A DNA stretch of 64,000 bases. Origin: an uncultured delta proteobacterium (GTDB lineage Bacteria > Desulfobacterota > Syntrophobacteria > Syntrophobacterales > Syntrophobacteraceae). The first letter of the stretch is position 1, and each line of letters begins with the position of its first letter. The DNA is taken from the NCBI GenBank assembly GCA_963757915.1, contig CAVWTD010000018.1:59072-123071 (forward strand), in the 5' to 3' direction. Below are positions 9,289-18,511 of the stretch, piece by piece. The position numbers and the translations under genes were made by a program. Under the pieces are notes generated by a model that was given only the letters and a program-made list of their open reading frames with translations, was not told the DNA's origin and did not search any database.

Positions 9289-9860
9289 ATCTACGATATC
9301 GGGGCGAGGGGAGATGTCTATAAACACTGAACTTTAACCCCACAGCCGATCCATCGCGGTTGGCTTTTTTTAATTTCCGCCCGATCTACACCTCGAATAT
9401 GCTCCCAAAAGCAATTTTCCTTCCTTGTTTCAGTATCCAACGCCGCTAAACTCAAATCGGATAAAGCACGCCTTCGGTCACTGCTTTTGAACCAATCGAA
9501 CCAAATCACGAATTGTTCTTCGAAAACCGATGCTGTCCGGTTTCGGACAAAGGAGATCGCCATGAAGCGCGAAGAACGCGGACGCGGACCTCCCGATGTG
9601 CGCGAACCAATCAAAAAGTCTATCTCCGAGCACAAAGGGCGACGGCTCATTCTGGATTGAGGCCACCGCGCGATCATAGGCGATGGTCGAAGTAATACCA
9701 TTATCCTCTACGCTGGCGGCAGAGCGGTCTGCCACGAGTGCGGGTACTGATTATCAGACCGCTGCGTAATGACCGCAGTGTCACCCCTAGAATTCGCATG
9801 AAAGACTTTCCCCCAAATCTCGAAATGAATTCTTGAAGTGATCCCACACAGGAGGACCGT

Positions 9861-10571
9861 ATGAACGAATTAACACTTCATCGCGGCGGCAATTTCGTGA
9901 CAAAGGCCGAATTGGACCTCGTGCCTATGCCAGAGGCTACCGACTCGTATCTCCCGGTCAGCCATTACCACCTGACCGATAAACTTCTGACTATCAGTCA
10001 AGACCTCTTGACCGATTACGTTCTGCTCGGCGAGCATTACGCTCTGGCCCGAAGCGGCAACCAGCTCTTTGCGCTTTTGAATTTCCAAAAGGACCACAAG
10101 GAACTTGGCCTCTCCGTGGCTTTTCGGAATTCCTACGACCGCTCGATGTCCATAGGTCTGGCTATCGGCGCCTCAGTCTTTATCTGCGACAACTTGGCTC
10201 TTTCCGGCGATGTGGCCGTGATGAAAAAGCACACCAAAAACGTTTGGAATGGGCTGGAGGACCTGGCCATTTCGACTCTCTATCGCGCAGGCAAGAACTT
10301 CCAAAAGGTTATCGCAGACGCTGATCGGCTGAAAACCATTCCTATGGACAATCGAAATGCTTTCGAACTGATGGGCTACTTGTTTGGCAAGGACATCATC
10401 AGTCCCCGGCAACTCACAACTGTCAAAGACGAATGGCTGAAACCCTCGCACGAGGAATTCCAGGTTCGGAACAAGTGGAGTTTCTTTAACGCCGTGACTG
10501 AGGCCCTCAAAAGCTGCCCGCCCGTCTCCATCATGGAGAAGCACAAAGAGGCGTACAATCTTAGTGATTGA
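9861..10571 (+). CDS. DUF932-like (phage/plasmid-associated) protein
   Basis: A 236-aa protein. Its N-terminus (L.L.PMPEATDSYLPVSHYHL) and overall length resemble the DUF932 family seen on ICEs and plasmids. Confidence 0.45.
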   Translation: MNELTLHRGGNFVTKAELDLVPMPEATDSYLPVSHYHLTDKLLTISQDLLTDYVLLGEHYALARSGNQLFALLNFQKDHKELGLSVAFRNSYDRSMSIGLAIGASVFICDNLALSGDVAVMKKHTKNVWNGLEDLAISTLYRAGKNFQKVIADADRLKTIPMDNRNAFELMGYLFGKDIISPRQLTTVKDEWLKPSHEEFQVRNKWSFFNAVTEALKSCPPVSIMEKHKEAYNLSD

Positions 10572-10601
10572 TGTTTGAGCATCGGTAATGGCACAAAAAT
10601 A

Positions 10602-10628
10602 CCCCAACCCGATCGGGAAGGGGTTTTT
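10602..10628 (+). terminator. Rho-independent terminator after the DUF932-like gene
   Basis: CCCCAACCCGATCGGGAAGGGG forms a hairpin and is followed by TTTTT. Confidence 0.6.
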
Positions 10629-10659
10629 AGTTCGAGAAGTCTTTGCAATATTAGGTATG

Positions 10660-11181
10660 CTACATCTTCAAACGTTGCAGAACGTAATACCAGTCGAAGC
10701 GCGCACGAGATGCTCGTTCTGAACCTTTGTCGGCTCCGTCCTCAGCTGCAGATAAAATCACGTCGCTAACTAACCCAAAGCCGGGCAATATCAAACTAGC
10801 GGCGCGACCTATCCACTTAATCACACGACCGCGATCTTCAGCACGAATTTGTGCTTTCGTTGCCTCTTCATGAAATCTAAGCATCCATTCCTTCGAGACA
10901 TTTTCGCCGCTACGAAGACAATTCCATAACTCCTCGCGGAGAGATCGGACAGCCCTTCTCTTTCGAAGGAATCGCACCACATCTTCAATCCGCTTTGGGA
11001 GCAGTTCGGGAATAATGGTTTGAAAAAGACATCGCGATTGAGCGGCCATTTGATCACTGGGGGCTCCAGAATTATCAAACTCAGACCATTGAGCAATACG
11101 CAAACGATCATGGAAACCCTTGGCATCATCCCAATCGAGAAACGGGGCTTCTAGCCATTGCCTGAGCAGATCATTCATCAA
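10660..11181 (-). CDS. Hypothetical protein downstream of the subtilase gene
   Basis: A 173-aa ORF on the same strand, starting 91 nt after the S8 peptidase stop. I recognise no motif. Confidence 0.45.
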   Translation of the reverse strand: MMNDLLRQWLEAPFLDWDDAKGFHDRLRIAQWSEFDNSGAPSDQMAAQSRCLFQTIIPELLPKRIEDVVRFLRKRRAVRSLREELWNCLRSGENVSKEWMLRFHEEATKAQIRAEDRGRVIKWIGRAASLILPGFGLVSDVILSAAEDGADKGSERASRARFDWYYVLQRLKM

Positions 11182-11272
11182 TACCTGCGCTACCAGAGGT
11201 TTATAGCAAACTCATTGTGAAGACCATGGCGACGGACTCAGTATTGGCAATGACGGTGAGCCAAAGGGAACT

Positions 11273-13750
11273 TTACGTTCCAATCCTCACCTCTTGTCTG
11301 ATCAAGTTCGCGACGGGCGTGTAGATATCGACATCGGCTTCAGGAGTCCTGATTGTGACGACCAGGGAATAGCGTGCTCGACTGGACCACCGCTCAAGCT
11401 GATGCCGCTCGCGCCACCAACCGATGACAGGATAGACACCAATAAACCCTCTTTGGGCTAGTTCTGCTGCCGTTCCAGTCCACAAATCCGAGTGGAGTGA
11501 ACCAAGGCCACGGAGATCGGGACCAAGCAACCATCGGGATGCGTCACTGCTTGATTTATCACCCCGCTCTTCTTCAAATGCTATTCGGTTTATTCGCCTT
11601 CTAAACTGATCGAGGGTTTCGGTTGGCGTCTTCACGTCAAATCTCAAGCCGTGAGAAGCATAGCTATACCTACGTACCCAGCCCCTCTCACCAGGATTGG
11701 GCTCAACGAAGTAAGAAAGCGTGACTTTCATTTCCACGGGCGTTGCGCCCAGTTCCTCCAGTGCCTCCTTTGGCCATGGGATGTGATGGAGGTTCATATC
11801 GCGCGCCCGATACTTGCCGTCGAATCTGTCAAACGGCTGCAGGGTGTCCTGAGCAATAAGGGTAAGAGAATTATTAGCGCTCCACATCGCTCGGTACAGG
11901 TCAGGAACACCGAAACCATAGCAACGCAATAGTCCTTCCACTCTTATCTTCGTATTCAAAGGTGCAAATCTGGACCGCATGACGTCAGTCCATTCAGCCG
12001 AATGGACGATTAACGCACGGACAGTTTCTGGCCAGAAATCGGGGTACCCAGACTTAAGAATTGCGGCCATCCTAGACGCGAGGGCTGTTGCAGCGCTGGT
12101 GTCGCCGGTAACAACAAAGAGTTTTTCCAGGAACCTCATGTTGGTCGAGAGAAGACATAGGCTGTCTAAATAGTCGGCGCCACCCGTCGCCGGATCTATA
12201 GCCATGTTACCGCCTTCCATAACAACATCGGGCTTCGTCGGCCAGGGTCTTTGCCAGACTAGAGACGTGCAACTGCTGGGGCTCAAATCCCCGCTAGGAG
12301 CAATGAGGTTCCAGCCGGGGTATTCGCTGATGTCCAGTAACGCCTTTTCTGTGTAGGCTCCGACAGTTAGAGCGTTCCAGGCCTGACCAGGATCGTGAAT
12401 CCCATCGGTATGGTTGCTTTCAGGATACTGGTGGCGATTACTTAAATTGGTGTTTCCAGCACAAACGACAATGAGCCGCATCTGACCATCATCAGCACCT
12501 GAAGACAGCGCATCCAGGCGTGCCGACCACGACGAAGGTTTGCCTCTGTCTCTGAAGTCAGTGGTCGTGACCGCCATGCAGAAGACGCGGTTGCGGTCGG
12601 GCGCTGCTATTTCGGCCCGAGAAATCGCCTCACTTGTTATGGCGCCATATAAATGAGGTGGATTATCCCCACGTGGAGGGAGAATCTTGACTGACTCAAG
12701 TCGATGTCCGAGGTTCAAAGACTCCCCTGCTGCGAGAAAATCTGTGAGATCACCATAGAGCGAAAGCCCGGCCATTTCAGTTCCGTGTCCACGATCGTCC
12801 GCAACATCCCAGTCCGGATCGTAAGTGTGCATGTCCTCACTATTGAGGGCGGGCCTGAGCAGAGGGTGCTCGTTGTTTATGCCCGTATCCATAACACACA
12901 CTGCTGGGCTGTTGCTTTGCGGCCATATCACCCTTGACAAGGCGTCTTGCATCCACTCCCTCTGTTCGGGAGCTGACATTCTTGAAAAGAAATCAGCGGT
13001 CTCCTTTGCCCTGCGCACTTCGGCTATACAGTTGAGCAAGTTTGCTGACCGGCTCATCTGGACTTTGTTGCCTCTCGCTATGAGCACAGTGCGATCTGGA
13101 AATCTGATTTCCTCAGAACCGATTTCTAAGCCGATACGGTCAGCATGATTTCTGAAAAAGCTTAATAGGGATTCTCTATTATCACCAACGCGCAGCCACA
13201 CCTCCCAGAAAATCATATCGCCGTCATCTCTAGGGAATGCTTCCGCATCATCCGTCCAGAGTGCTTCAAGTACGGCAGCCCGGATTTCAGAAATCCTGTC
13301 AACAAAAGATTGTCGTTTGGGTTTGCCGAATTTTGTGTCTTTTTCGAGGTATTCACTGATGATTTTTAAGAAGTGGGGAAGCTTGCCATCGGGGACCAAA
13401 CAGGTAGCCAGAGTCTTGTCTCCCACCTTCTTTACCGCGAGAAGTTCAATTCCCACCCTTACTGAGTCGAGTCCTTCTAGTTCAAGGTCGAGCCCAGGTT
13501 CACTCTGAAACTGAAGGTAAATACTATCTCCAGCGTCAATACCAAATGCTGCGCGTTCTTTACCCAAAGCTTGAGCCTTATGACGGATTTGTTCGAGCTG
13601 GCCGAGCAACCTATTACCATGGGTTTGTCTGTCCCGGGCGGGCAGTCGAGGTTTTTCCCCACCGCCTGTGCGTGGAGGAGCATATGATTCAGTAAAGGCT
13701 GTGCCGATCAATAGAAAGTGACGAAGTCTGTCTCGATCCAGGTTGGGCAT
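11273..13750 (-). CDS. S8 family (subtilisin-like) serine peptidase with an unassigned ~280-aa N-terminal region; IetS-like
   Basis: The catalytic motifs occur in the canonical order: VCVMDTGI (Asp), HGTEMAG (His), CAGN (oxyanion Asn) and GDTSAATALAS (Ser). No signal peptide is evident. The gene sits 39 nt downstream of an AAA+ ATPase gene. Confidence 0.75.
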   Translation of the reverse strand: MPNLDRDRLRHFLLIGTAFTESYAPPRTGGGEKPRLPARDRQTHGNRLLGQLEQIRHKAQALGKERAAFGIDAGDSIYLQFQSEPGLDLELEGLDSVRVGIELLAVKKVGDKTLATCLVPDGKLPHFLKIISEYLEKDTKFGKPKRQSFVDRISEIRAAVLEALWTDDAEAFPRDDGDMIFWEVWLRVGDNRESLLSFFRNHADRIGLEIGSEEIRFPDRTVLIARGNKVQMSRSANLLNCIAEVRRAKETADFFSRMSAPEQREWMQDALSRVIWPQSNSPAVCVMDTGINNEHPLLRPALNSEDMHTYDPDWDVADDRGHGTEMAGLSLYGDLTDFLAAGESLNLGHRLESVKILPPRGDNPPHLYGAITSEAISRAEIAAPDRNRVFCMAVTTTDFRDRGKPSSWSARLDALSSGADDGQMRLIVVCAGNTNLSNRHQYPESNHTDGIHDPGQAWNALTVGAYTEKALLDISEYPGWNLIAPSGDLSPSSCTSLVWQRPWPTKPDVVMEGGNMAIDPATGGADYLDSLCLLSTNMRFLEKLFVVTGDTSAATALASRMAAILKSGYPDFWPETVRALIVHSAEWTDVMRSRFAPLNTKIRVEGLLRCYGFGVPDLYRAMWSANNSLTLIAQDTLQPFDRFDGKYRARDMNLHHIPWPKEALEELGATPVEMKVTLSYFVEPNPGERGWVRRYSYASHGLRFDVKTPTETLDQFRRRINRIAFEEERGDKSSSDASRWLLGPDLRGLGSLHSDLWTGTAAELAQRGFIGVYPVIGWWRERHQLERWSSRARYSLVVTIRTPEADVDIYTPVANLIRQEVRIGT

Positions 13751-13789
13751 ACGAGGGTAGTCCTCTCCAGAACCGCCAGGAAGATCTCT

Positions 13790-14773
13790 TTACTTATTCT
13801 GAATGGCCTTACGCTCTAAAAGCGTCTTGAGGATATCCCGAGTTGCAAGTGTATCGCGATCGCTAATTATGGCAGCTTTGATGGCGTCCTCACAAGCACG
13901 TGCAATATCCGCATAGCTTAGACCACCGGCGGAGTTTGCGATCTCCGCCCAGTCGATTCCGGAATTCTTAAAACCCGCCAGCTTGGCTTTGAGGGCTAAA
14001 GCTACGTGATTCTCGTCAGGTAATGCAAACTCTATTACATCATCAAACCTACGAAAGAGAGCATGGTCCAAAATGTCAGGGTGATTTGTGGCGGCCAACA
14101 GAATGCTGTTGGATTCGTCCTGCTCTATCAATTGAAGAAAACTGTTCAAGACTCTGCGGATCTCGCCAACGTCGTTGAGCATGCCCCTGTTTGAGCCGAT
14201 AGAGTCGAACTCATCGAAAAGATATATGCCCCTCGTAGATGTTATGGCATCAAAGATCAGTCTGAGCTTGGCGGCTGTCTCACCCATATATTTTGTGATC
14301 AGACTGTCCAAGCGAACCACGAATAGAGGCAGGTTCAACTCTCCCGCCAATACCCCTGCTGACATTGTCTTGCCTGTTCCTGGTGGGCCAACAAGTAAGA
14401 GTTTTTTTCGAGGTGCTAGACCGTAGGAGCGAATCTTTGATATCTGCCGCTGCTCTTTAATCGTGCGAGTCAGCCGCTCTGCGATATTCCCACTTAAAAC
14501 CATGTCCGCCATGCGGATCTTGGGGTAAGAGACGGACAAAAGATTCGATAGCTCGCCGCGAGGTTGGGCAATTGGTATTGATTTTTTGGAAACTTCATCA
14601 ACCTTCCGGCGGGTCTTTGCCTGGTCGATCAACTCGCGCAACTCTTGGGCCAACTTGCCATGGCCGAGTCTTGCCTCGTGCGCGGCCAGTTGCATTGCGA
14701 TTGCGAAGAACTGCGGGTCATCTCCATCAATGTGGGACTTCAGGAGTGCTTTCAATTGCTCAGCGCTAGCCAT
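13790..14773 (-). CDS. Classical AAA+ ATPase; IetA-like
   Basis: Walker A is GPPGTGKT and Walker B is IYLFDEFD. A second region of homology is present (LLAATNHPDILDHALFRRFD). AAGGTGGG lies upstream of the ATG at 14773. Confidence 0.75.
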   Translation of the reverse strand: MASAEQLKALLKSHIDGDDPQFFAIAMQLAAHEARLGHGKLAQELRELIDQAKTRRKVDEVSKKSIPIAQPRGELSNLLSVSYPKIRMADMVLSGNIAERLTRTIKEQRQISKIRSYGLAPRKKLLLVGPPGTGKTMSAGVLAGELNLPLFVVRLDSLITKYMGETAAKLRLIFDAITSTRGIYLFDEFDSIGSNRGMLNDVGEIRRVLNSFLQLIEQDESNSILLAATNHPDILDHALFRRFDDVIEFALPDENHVALALKAKLAGFKNSGIDWAEIANSAGGLSYADIARACEDAIKAAIISDRDTLATRDILKTLLERKAIQNK

Positions 14774-15463
14774 GGCCAATCCCACCTTTTAACAAAGGCA
14801 CAGCAGCTTCCATCTGCATAACACGCCTTCGGACAAAAAAACCCAACGCAAATATAACCACCAAATGCTGAATTTCTCAAGCAAAATTGGAGTTGAAGCT
14901 TCAAGTACGATTGACCGTTTTTGTAGCTTACTGCTAATGCACTTACCATGGATTTTGTCAAGAAAAAATACCCTATGTACGCCTGGACTGTAGTGCGGAC
15001 CATGAAGCCATCAGAATTAGACAATTCGCCGGAGACAACGAACAGTCGCTCCATGTTACTCGGGAAGGGTATCTCGAACTGATATGATCGATGGCGGTGT
15101 TTTTGGGTATGCGAAATCGATTCAAAAATCTGGAGTTTTTCGGGAGTCTTTTTAATTCATCTTTCTTAATCATCAATTATCGAAACCGTAGAAAATCGCC
15201 GGTGTTGCGAGTGCAATCAGCACAACTATATTCTTGCAAACCGGCAACGCCGGTTCAGCTCCAACGAATATTTGCTTCGGTTTAAACCGTACCCTGAATG
15301 GTCGGTAGCGTTCGGTCAAGGTGGCTGATGTCGTGGCAAACACGAACGGATACGGGAACGACGGGTTATGCGAAAGGTGCGACGCTGATTTAGATTCACG
15401 CCCAACTCTCACGCCCGACATGAAAAAAGGGCTCGCGGAAACCAGCAAACCCTTCTACAGTAA

Positions 15464-15537
15464 CGCGCCCAGGGTGATTCGAACACCCGACCTACGGATT
15501 CGTAGTCCGGCACTCTATCCAGCTGAGCTATGGGCGC
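15464..15537 (-). tRNA. tRNA-Arg (anticodon ACG)
   Basis: The minus strand reads GCGCCCATAGCTCAGCTGGATAGAGTGCCGGACTACGAATCCGTAGGTCGGGTGTTCGAATCACCCTGGGCGCG. It folds as a cloverleaf with anticodon loop CTACGAA. No CCA is encoded. Confidence 0.9.
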
Positions 15538-15595
15538 AAACCTGACTTTAGTTTCTAACAAAAAATCGCACTGAAAGCAAGCGTTAGGGGGAGGA

Positions 15596-15658
15596 GTGAA
15601 GAGTGAAGAGTGAAGAGTGAAGGGTGAAGAGTGAAGGGTGAAGAGTGAAGGGTGAAGA
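15596..15658. repeat. Heptanucleotide tandem array (GTGAAGR) x9
   Basis: Nine consecutive GTGAAGA/GTGAAGG units, read directly from the sequence. Confidence 0.9.
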
Positions 15659-15810
15659 GTACGCCTCCGCGCTAAAATCCCCCCTACCCTCGATTTCCTT
15701 GCCAGAGCCTGCCCCAGACCTGATCCGGGGACGAAAAATGCGTTTCTTTCAGGTCAAAAAATCCGAGTCGGAAACTGCAAGTATCTCATCCGGTGTTTGC
15801 GGATGGGCAC

Positions 15811-16129
15811 TAATACCAAGTTACCTAGAAAATAGTCTTAATTTTCATGCTTCGCGGGTAAGGCGGGCATCATGGCAAATTGCGTTCAAGAAAGTATCAA
15901 GTGATGTTTTTCAAAAGCGCGGGGAGCTACGTCCTCCACACCCCCTCCCCGCTACGCGGCTCAGTGTTGCGCTTCGGCGGCGGCCTGCGGCTAGCCGCCG
16001 ATAGCGCCGAGCGCTCGGCCGCACGCGCTTGCGCGTGTGCGCCGAAATCCTGGCGGGCGCGGGGGAAACTTTCCCCCACCTGGCAGAGCCTGGAGTTATT
16101 TGGCGCTCTATGATTGCAACTTGGTATAA
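15811..16129. mobile_element. MITE-like repeat with terminal inverted repeats, copy A
   Basis: The ends are TAATACCAAGTT ... AACTTGGTATA. The core GTTCAAGAAAGTATCAAGTGATGTTTTTCAAAAGCGCGGGGAGCTACG...GCGCTTGCGCGTGTGCGCCGAAATCCTGGCGGGCGCG is shared with 19949..20207. Confidence 0.6.
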
Positions 16130-16136
16130 ATACGAA

Positions 16137-16710
16137 TCAAGATTTTCTTTCTTCTTTTGCAGATTCCCTGGAAATAAAGTCGCCGGCTGAGGCGACCCTC
16201 GCGTAAAGTCCGTTCAGCGCCGCCAGGAAAGCCGACTGAACGTGGACGGCAGGGACCGTTGCGCCTCCAAACGACAGTTGTCTTGTCGCGCAGGCATCGT
16301 GCACCAGCGTGCAGCCCAAGCCGTAGTCGAACGCGGCGCGCGTCGTTGCGTCCACGCACATGTGCGTCATCATACCGGCTATCACAAGCCGGGTGATGCC
16401 GTCTTTTTCGAGAATTTGCCGCAGGGGTGTATCACGGAAGCTGTTCGGATAGTTTTTTTCGATGAGGGTTTCTGTGGAAAGAGGCTTCACGTCTTCGTGA
16501 ATTTCGGCCCCCCGGGTGCCCGGCAGAAAGAAAGTGGCTCCCGGCCGCACAGATATATGACGGACATGAATGACCGGCATTGCCCTTTGCCTGAAGAAAT
16601 CGAGAACTTCACGGGCGCGCAGGCCGGCTTGCCACGCTGCCCGAAACTTCCATGTTCCCGCCGGGGAAATAATCGTTCTGGATATCGATCAAAAGAAGCG
16701 CCGTGACCAT
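16137..16710 (-). CDS. Isochorismatase-family cysteine hydrolase, apparent frameshift near 16640
   Basis: The N-terminus MVTALLLIDIQNDYFPGGNMEV lies in one frame. AREVLDFFRQRAMPVIHVRHIS ... IAGMMTHMCVDATTRAA lies in the adjacent frame. Confidence 0.7.
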
Positions 16711-16760
16711 ATTTTTTCCTCCGTCGCGTAGCGATAGAACCAAAAGGAATTATTTTTTCC

Positions 16761-16788
16761 CGCTCACTGCTCACCGCTCACTGTTCAC
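16761..16788. repeat. Heptanucleotide array (YGYTCAC x4), inverse complement of GTGARCR
   Basis: CGCTCAC TGCTCAC CGCTCAC TGTTCAC, between the ubiB stop and the hydrolase start. Confidence 0.8.
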
Positions 16789-16793
16789 TGCCC

Positions 16794-18503
16794 TTAAAGC
16801 CTCCCCGACCTCACGATGGAACCAATCAGCCATATTCCAAGAAGGGTGGCGACCGCGTAACCGCTTACTCCCAGGATTGCCGAAAGCGAAACGGTCTGGA
16901 GGCCGAGAAAGTTAAAGGTGAACTCCACGATTTTCTGGCCGGAATTTAGAATCATCGCGCCGGCTATGATCGACGCTGCGATTATGATCCCGACCGTCAG
17001 CCGGTTTACGCCTTTCTCCACTTGGGACCGCATCTCCTCCAGGCCGGTGTGGCGAAGTTCTATCTGCTGTCTGCCGGCCGCTGTCTGCCTGAGGATGTCG
17101 TTCAGATGTTTGGGGATACTCCTTGCATACACGCTCATCGCACGGCCCTCCCGATCGAGATTTCTCAGGATGCTCTGGGTGTTTAAGCCGCGCTGGAGGA
17201 GTTGTTTGGCAAAGGGCTTTGTAACCTCGAGGATGCTCGCGTCGCTGCCAAGTATCTTTCCGAGCGCCTCGGTCTGGATAAATGTTTTCAGAAGCAGCAG
17301 CAGATTTCTTGGAAGCCTGATGTGGTATTTCAGGACAATATCCATCAGTTGGTCATAAACGTCTTTTACCGAGATGTGCTGGAGGGACCGGCCATAGAAG
17401 GATTCGCTCATATCCTTGAGATCCCCCCGGAATGCTTTGAGGTCCATATCCTCGTTTATAAGCCCTGCGTCCATCAGGGCATCCATAACCATGTCGTAGT
17501 CGTGTTCGGCGTATCCCAGAAAGAGGTTGGCGATCTGGCGCATCATCTCCTCGTCCAGATAACCGGTTATGCCGAAATCCACGAGGCTCACCCGCCCGTC
17601 GTACATGACTATCGTGTTTGCGGGGTGCGGGTCGGCATGGAAAAAGCCGTAGAGCATGAGTTGGCGGGAAAAGGAGCGCAACCCGATCAGTGCCACCTCT
17701 TTAGGGTCGATTCCAGCCGCGCGGATCTCTTCGACCTGGTCCATCTTCATGCCTTCGATATGTTCCATAACCAGCACAGACCTGGTCGTGTAGTCCCAAT
17801 GGACCTTCGGGATGTAAATCTCCTCGACCTCCTCGAAATTGACGGCGAACTTTTCAATGCTTCCGGCCTCAATCATCATATCGAGCTCGCGGGTTATATT
17901 ACGCTCGAATTCCCGGACAAGATTTGTTGCGCCTATCACCCTGCCGATTTCGAGCGCTTTTTCAGCCTTCCCGGCCATAAAATACATCAGCCGAAGGTCC
18001 TCTTTTATCCGCCGGTCGATTCCGGGGCGAATGATTTTGACCGCGACCTTCTCGCCCGAATGCAGCTTTGCTATATGCACCTGGCCAACAGAGGCCGCCG
18101 CGATGGATTTCTCGTCGAATTCGGCGAAGATTTCGAGGATGGGCCGTCTGAGCTCTCGTTCGATAACCGTTTTGACCTCCTCGAAAGAAACCGGAGGCAC
18201 CATGTCCTGGAGCTTTTTGAATTCTGCTATGTATTCCTGAGGGAAGATATCGGCCCGGGTGCTCATGAGCTGGCCCAGCTTTATGAAACTCGGCCCCAGC
18301 TCCTCCAGCGCCAGCCGGATGCGGCGGGCGGATGGGAACCCGCTCCGCAGAAACATCTCCCCGTCCGAGGCCTCCGGGCGTGTTTTCCTGACGCTGAGCA
18401 CCCTTTCGAGAATGTCGCCAAACCCGTGTTTGACGAGTACGCCGGTGATTGCGCCAAACCTTCTGAGTCCTTTAAGTCCGTAGATTCCTCTGGAGATTTT
18501 CAT
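16794..18503 (-). CDS. ubiB: ABC1/UbiB family atypical kinase
   Basis: The protein has LEELGPSFIKLGQLMSTRADIFP, FHADPHPAN and C-terminal transmembrane helices. Length is 569 aa. Confidence 0.85.
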   Translation of the reverse strand: MKISRGIYGLKGLRRFGAITGVLVKHGFGDILERVLSVRKTRPEASDGEMFLRSGFPSARRIRLALEELGPSFIKLGQLMSTRADIFPQEYIAEFKKLQDMVPPVSFEEVKTVIERELRRPILEIFAEFDEKSIAAASVGQVHIAKLHSGEKVAVKIIRPGIDRRIKEDLRLMYFMAGKAEKALEIGRVIGATNLVREFERNITRELDMMIEAGSIEKFAVNFEEVEEIYIPKVHWDYTTRSVLVMEHIEGMKMDQVEEIRAAGIDPKEVALIGLRSFSRQLMLYGFFHADPHPANTIVMYDGRVSLVDFGITGYLDEEMMRQIANLFLGYAEHDYDMVMDALMDAGLINEDMDLKAFRGDLKDMSESFYGRSLQHISVKDVYDQLMDIVLKYHIRLPRNLLLLLKTFIQTEALGKILGSDASILEVTKPFAKQLLQRGLNTQSILRNLDREGRAMSVYARSIPKHLNDILRQTAAGRQQIELRHTGLEEMRSQVEKGVNRLTVGIIIAASIIAGAMILNSGQKIVEFTFNFLGLQTVSLSAILGVSGYAVATLLGIWLIGSIVRSGRL

Positions 18504-18511
18504 CTAATTTA

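Noticed and set aside
9562-9660. 32-aa ORF (MKREERGRGPPDVREPIKKSISEHKGRRLILD) with a strong AAAGGAG ribosome-binding site upstream of the DUF932-like gene
   Set aside because: It is plausible as a small regulator, but it is too short to support from sequence alone and I recognise no family.
14786-15463. Search for an integrase gene or remnant between the ATPase gene and the tRNA
   Set aside because: Only short AT-rich ORFs (14752..15054, 14973..15176 and 15173..15448) with no recombinase motifs are present, so nothing is reportable.
15596-15658. Possible CRISPR array, considering the heptamer arrays and the 163-bp tandem duplication at 27375-27668
   Set aside because: The units are 7 nt with no spacers, or two copies of a known palindromic repeat. 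Neither has the 25-40-nt repeat plus unique spacer structure, and no cas genes are present in the window.
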